The notes beneath the pieces were generated by a model. That model was not told the DNA's origin. It worked only from the letters and a program-made list of their open reading frames with translations, and did no database searches. From a bacterium (GTDB taxonomy: Bacteria > SAR324 > NAC60-12): a stretch of 64,000 bases of DNA. Shown piece by piece: positions 63,139 to 64,000 of the stretch (its first letter is position 1; every line of letters begins with the position of its first letter). Location: NCBI GenBank assembly GCA_965205865.1, contig CBDBHR010000010.1:48710-112709 (forward strand). Reading direction: 5' to 3'. The position numbers were made by a program, and so were the translations under genes.

Positions 63139-63481
63139 ACCAATAGAATGTTGACAGTCGTCTTCAGGATCTCCCAGGTTCCGATCAAGAAACTTCCACA
63201 CATGCGCCGGGTCTTTGACTCCGCCAGGCTCAGCCGAGACTCACGCTAAGGCCTTCGGTTGATATTGCCTTCCCCACCAGACCACAAGGTCAGCGCCTGA
63301 AACTATGATTTCGGAGCTCAATACCGAGCCTATGTTCTCCCCTGTCAACGCTTAGCGCCTATCCTTGCGAATAACCACTCATGACTCGGGGACTCGGCGG
63401 GTCGTTACTGCCTTACCGAGTAAGAGACTTTCACTCTCTATTTCTTGCCAGCTTGCCTGGCGCACGGCCTGACCCCTTTTT

Positions 63482-63676
63482 TGGCAGAATAGTAAACAAC
63501 GGCAACGCTGGGTGGCCACTGCTTTATTGGAGATTGAAGGCAATCTCAGAAGAGTGAAGGGCTATAAACATCTCGCTCAGCTCAGAGAGGCTATGGCATA
63601 TTTGTCTCTAATGAAGAAAAAGAAAAAAGTAGCTTGAGTGTCATCAAAAAATTTCAACTAGAATTGGGATTGACCC
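63482..63676 (+). mobile_element. IS256 family 3' remnant with right IR
   Basis: WQNSKQRQRWVATALLEIEGNLRRVKGYKHL; AATTTCAACTAGAATTGGGATTGACCC. Confidence 0.75.
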
Positions 63677-63749
63677 CATTTTACATCAATTCGGAAATAT
63701 TTGAGTCTCTTTTTTGTTTATCTCTGCTTTTTCATAATTATTTATCCAT

Positions 63750-64000
63750 CTATAATCCGGCATATGATGCTCCGATACTAAAACGAGTCTGATTTTTATT
63801 ATATCGTTCTAAACTTTCTCCATATCCATTCCAATATTGAATATAAATATTAAAAAGATCAGCTAAAGAATAATCAGTTCCATATGGGAAATTCTCAAAT
63901 ATCAAATTAACTTCAGTACCACCTATTTTTTTTAAGAAATCATATCGTCCCATTATTTCAAAACGAATTTCGTCATATCCGGAAATACATCCTTTGCATT
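63750..64000 (-). CDS. Outer membrane phospholipase A family protein, C-terminal part
   Basis: YIQYWNGYGESLERYN...RFSIG resembles the OMPLA C-terminus; AT-rich; 5' end outside the window. Confidence 0.6.
   Translation of the reverse strand, partial: CKGCISGYDEIRFEIMGRYDFLKKIGGTEVNLIFENFPYGTDYSLADLFNIYIQYWNGYGESLERYNKNQTRFSIGASYAGL

Larger units (their letters stand above)
62456..63465 (-). ncRNA. Full-length ORF-deleted group II intron (class E-like)
   Basis: 5' GTGCGCCAGG; DV GAGCCGGATGCGTTAGCAGCGCACGTCCGGATC; DVI ending TACGGTGAC; only IEP N-terminal residues (EPVEQRDLAERN...LSRVRQ) remain. Confidence 0.88.

Noticed and set aside
22834-63465. Retron or DGR system
   Set aside because: No reverse transcriptase ORF in the window and no TR/VR pair with adenine-specific differences was seen
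63665-63677. TGACCCC as another RAYT-type terminus
   Set aside because: Part of the IS256 right inverted repeat; lacks the rest of the motif

Overview
Bacterial chromosomal window; the gene content suggests a deltaproteobacterial/SAR324-like organism (inference only). An intact core block at about 23.9-50.2 kb carries an MFS transporter, an aldolase, a DksA/TraR protein, rsmB, a tetraheme cytochrome c, an anaerobic cobalamin cbi operon with two fusions, an RND pump, plsY, rsmA, comF, a CapW/BrxR-like WYL regulator and ilvE. Two eroded accessory flanks are full of IS remnants, pseudogenes and gene fragments. The left flank holds a decaying defence island: a truncated N6-MTase with a PD-(D/E)XK partner, an hsdS fragment, an intact EcoRV-like R-M pair, and a TA cassette whose attC-like site is interrupted by an ORF-less class C group II intron. 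The right flank holds the most unusual structure: a stack of modules delimited by GGGGTCA(G/A)GCY termini of a RAYT-like (HUH Y1) transposase-derived miniature element, carrying four secreted lipoproteins (three peptidase-like). A second, class E-like group II intron sits three times at the same nucleotide of that terminal repeat. No rRNA, tRNA or CRISPR array was seen.
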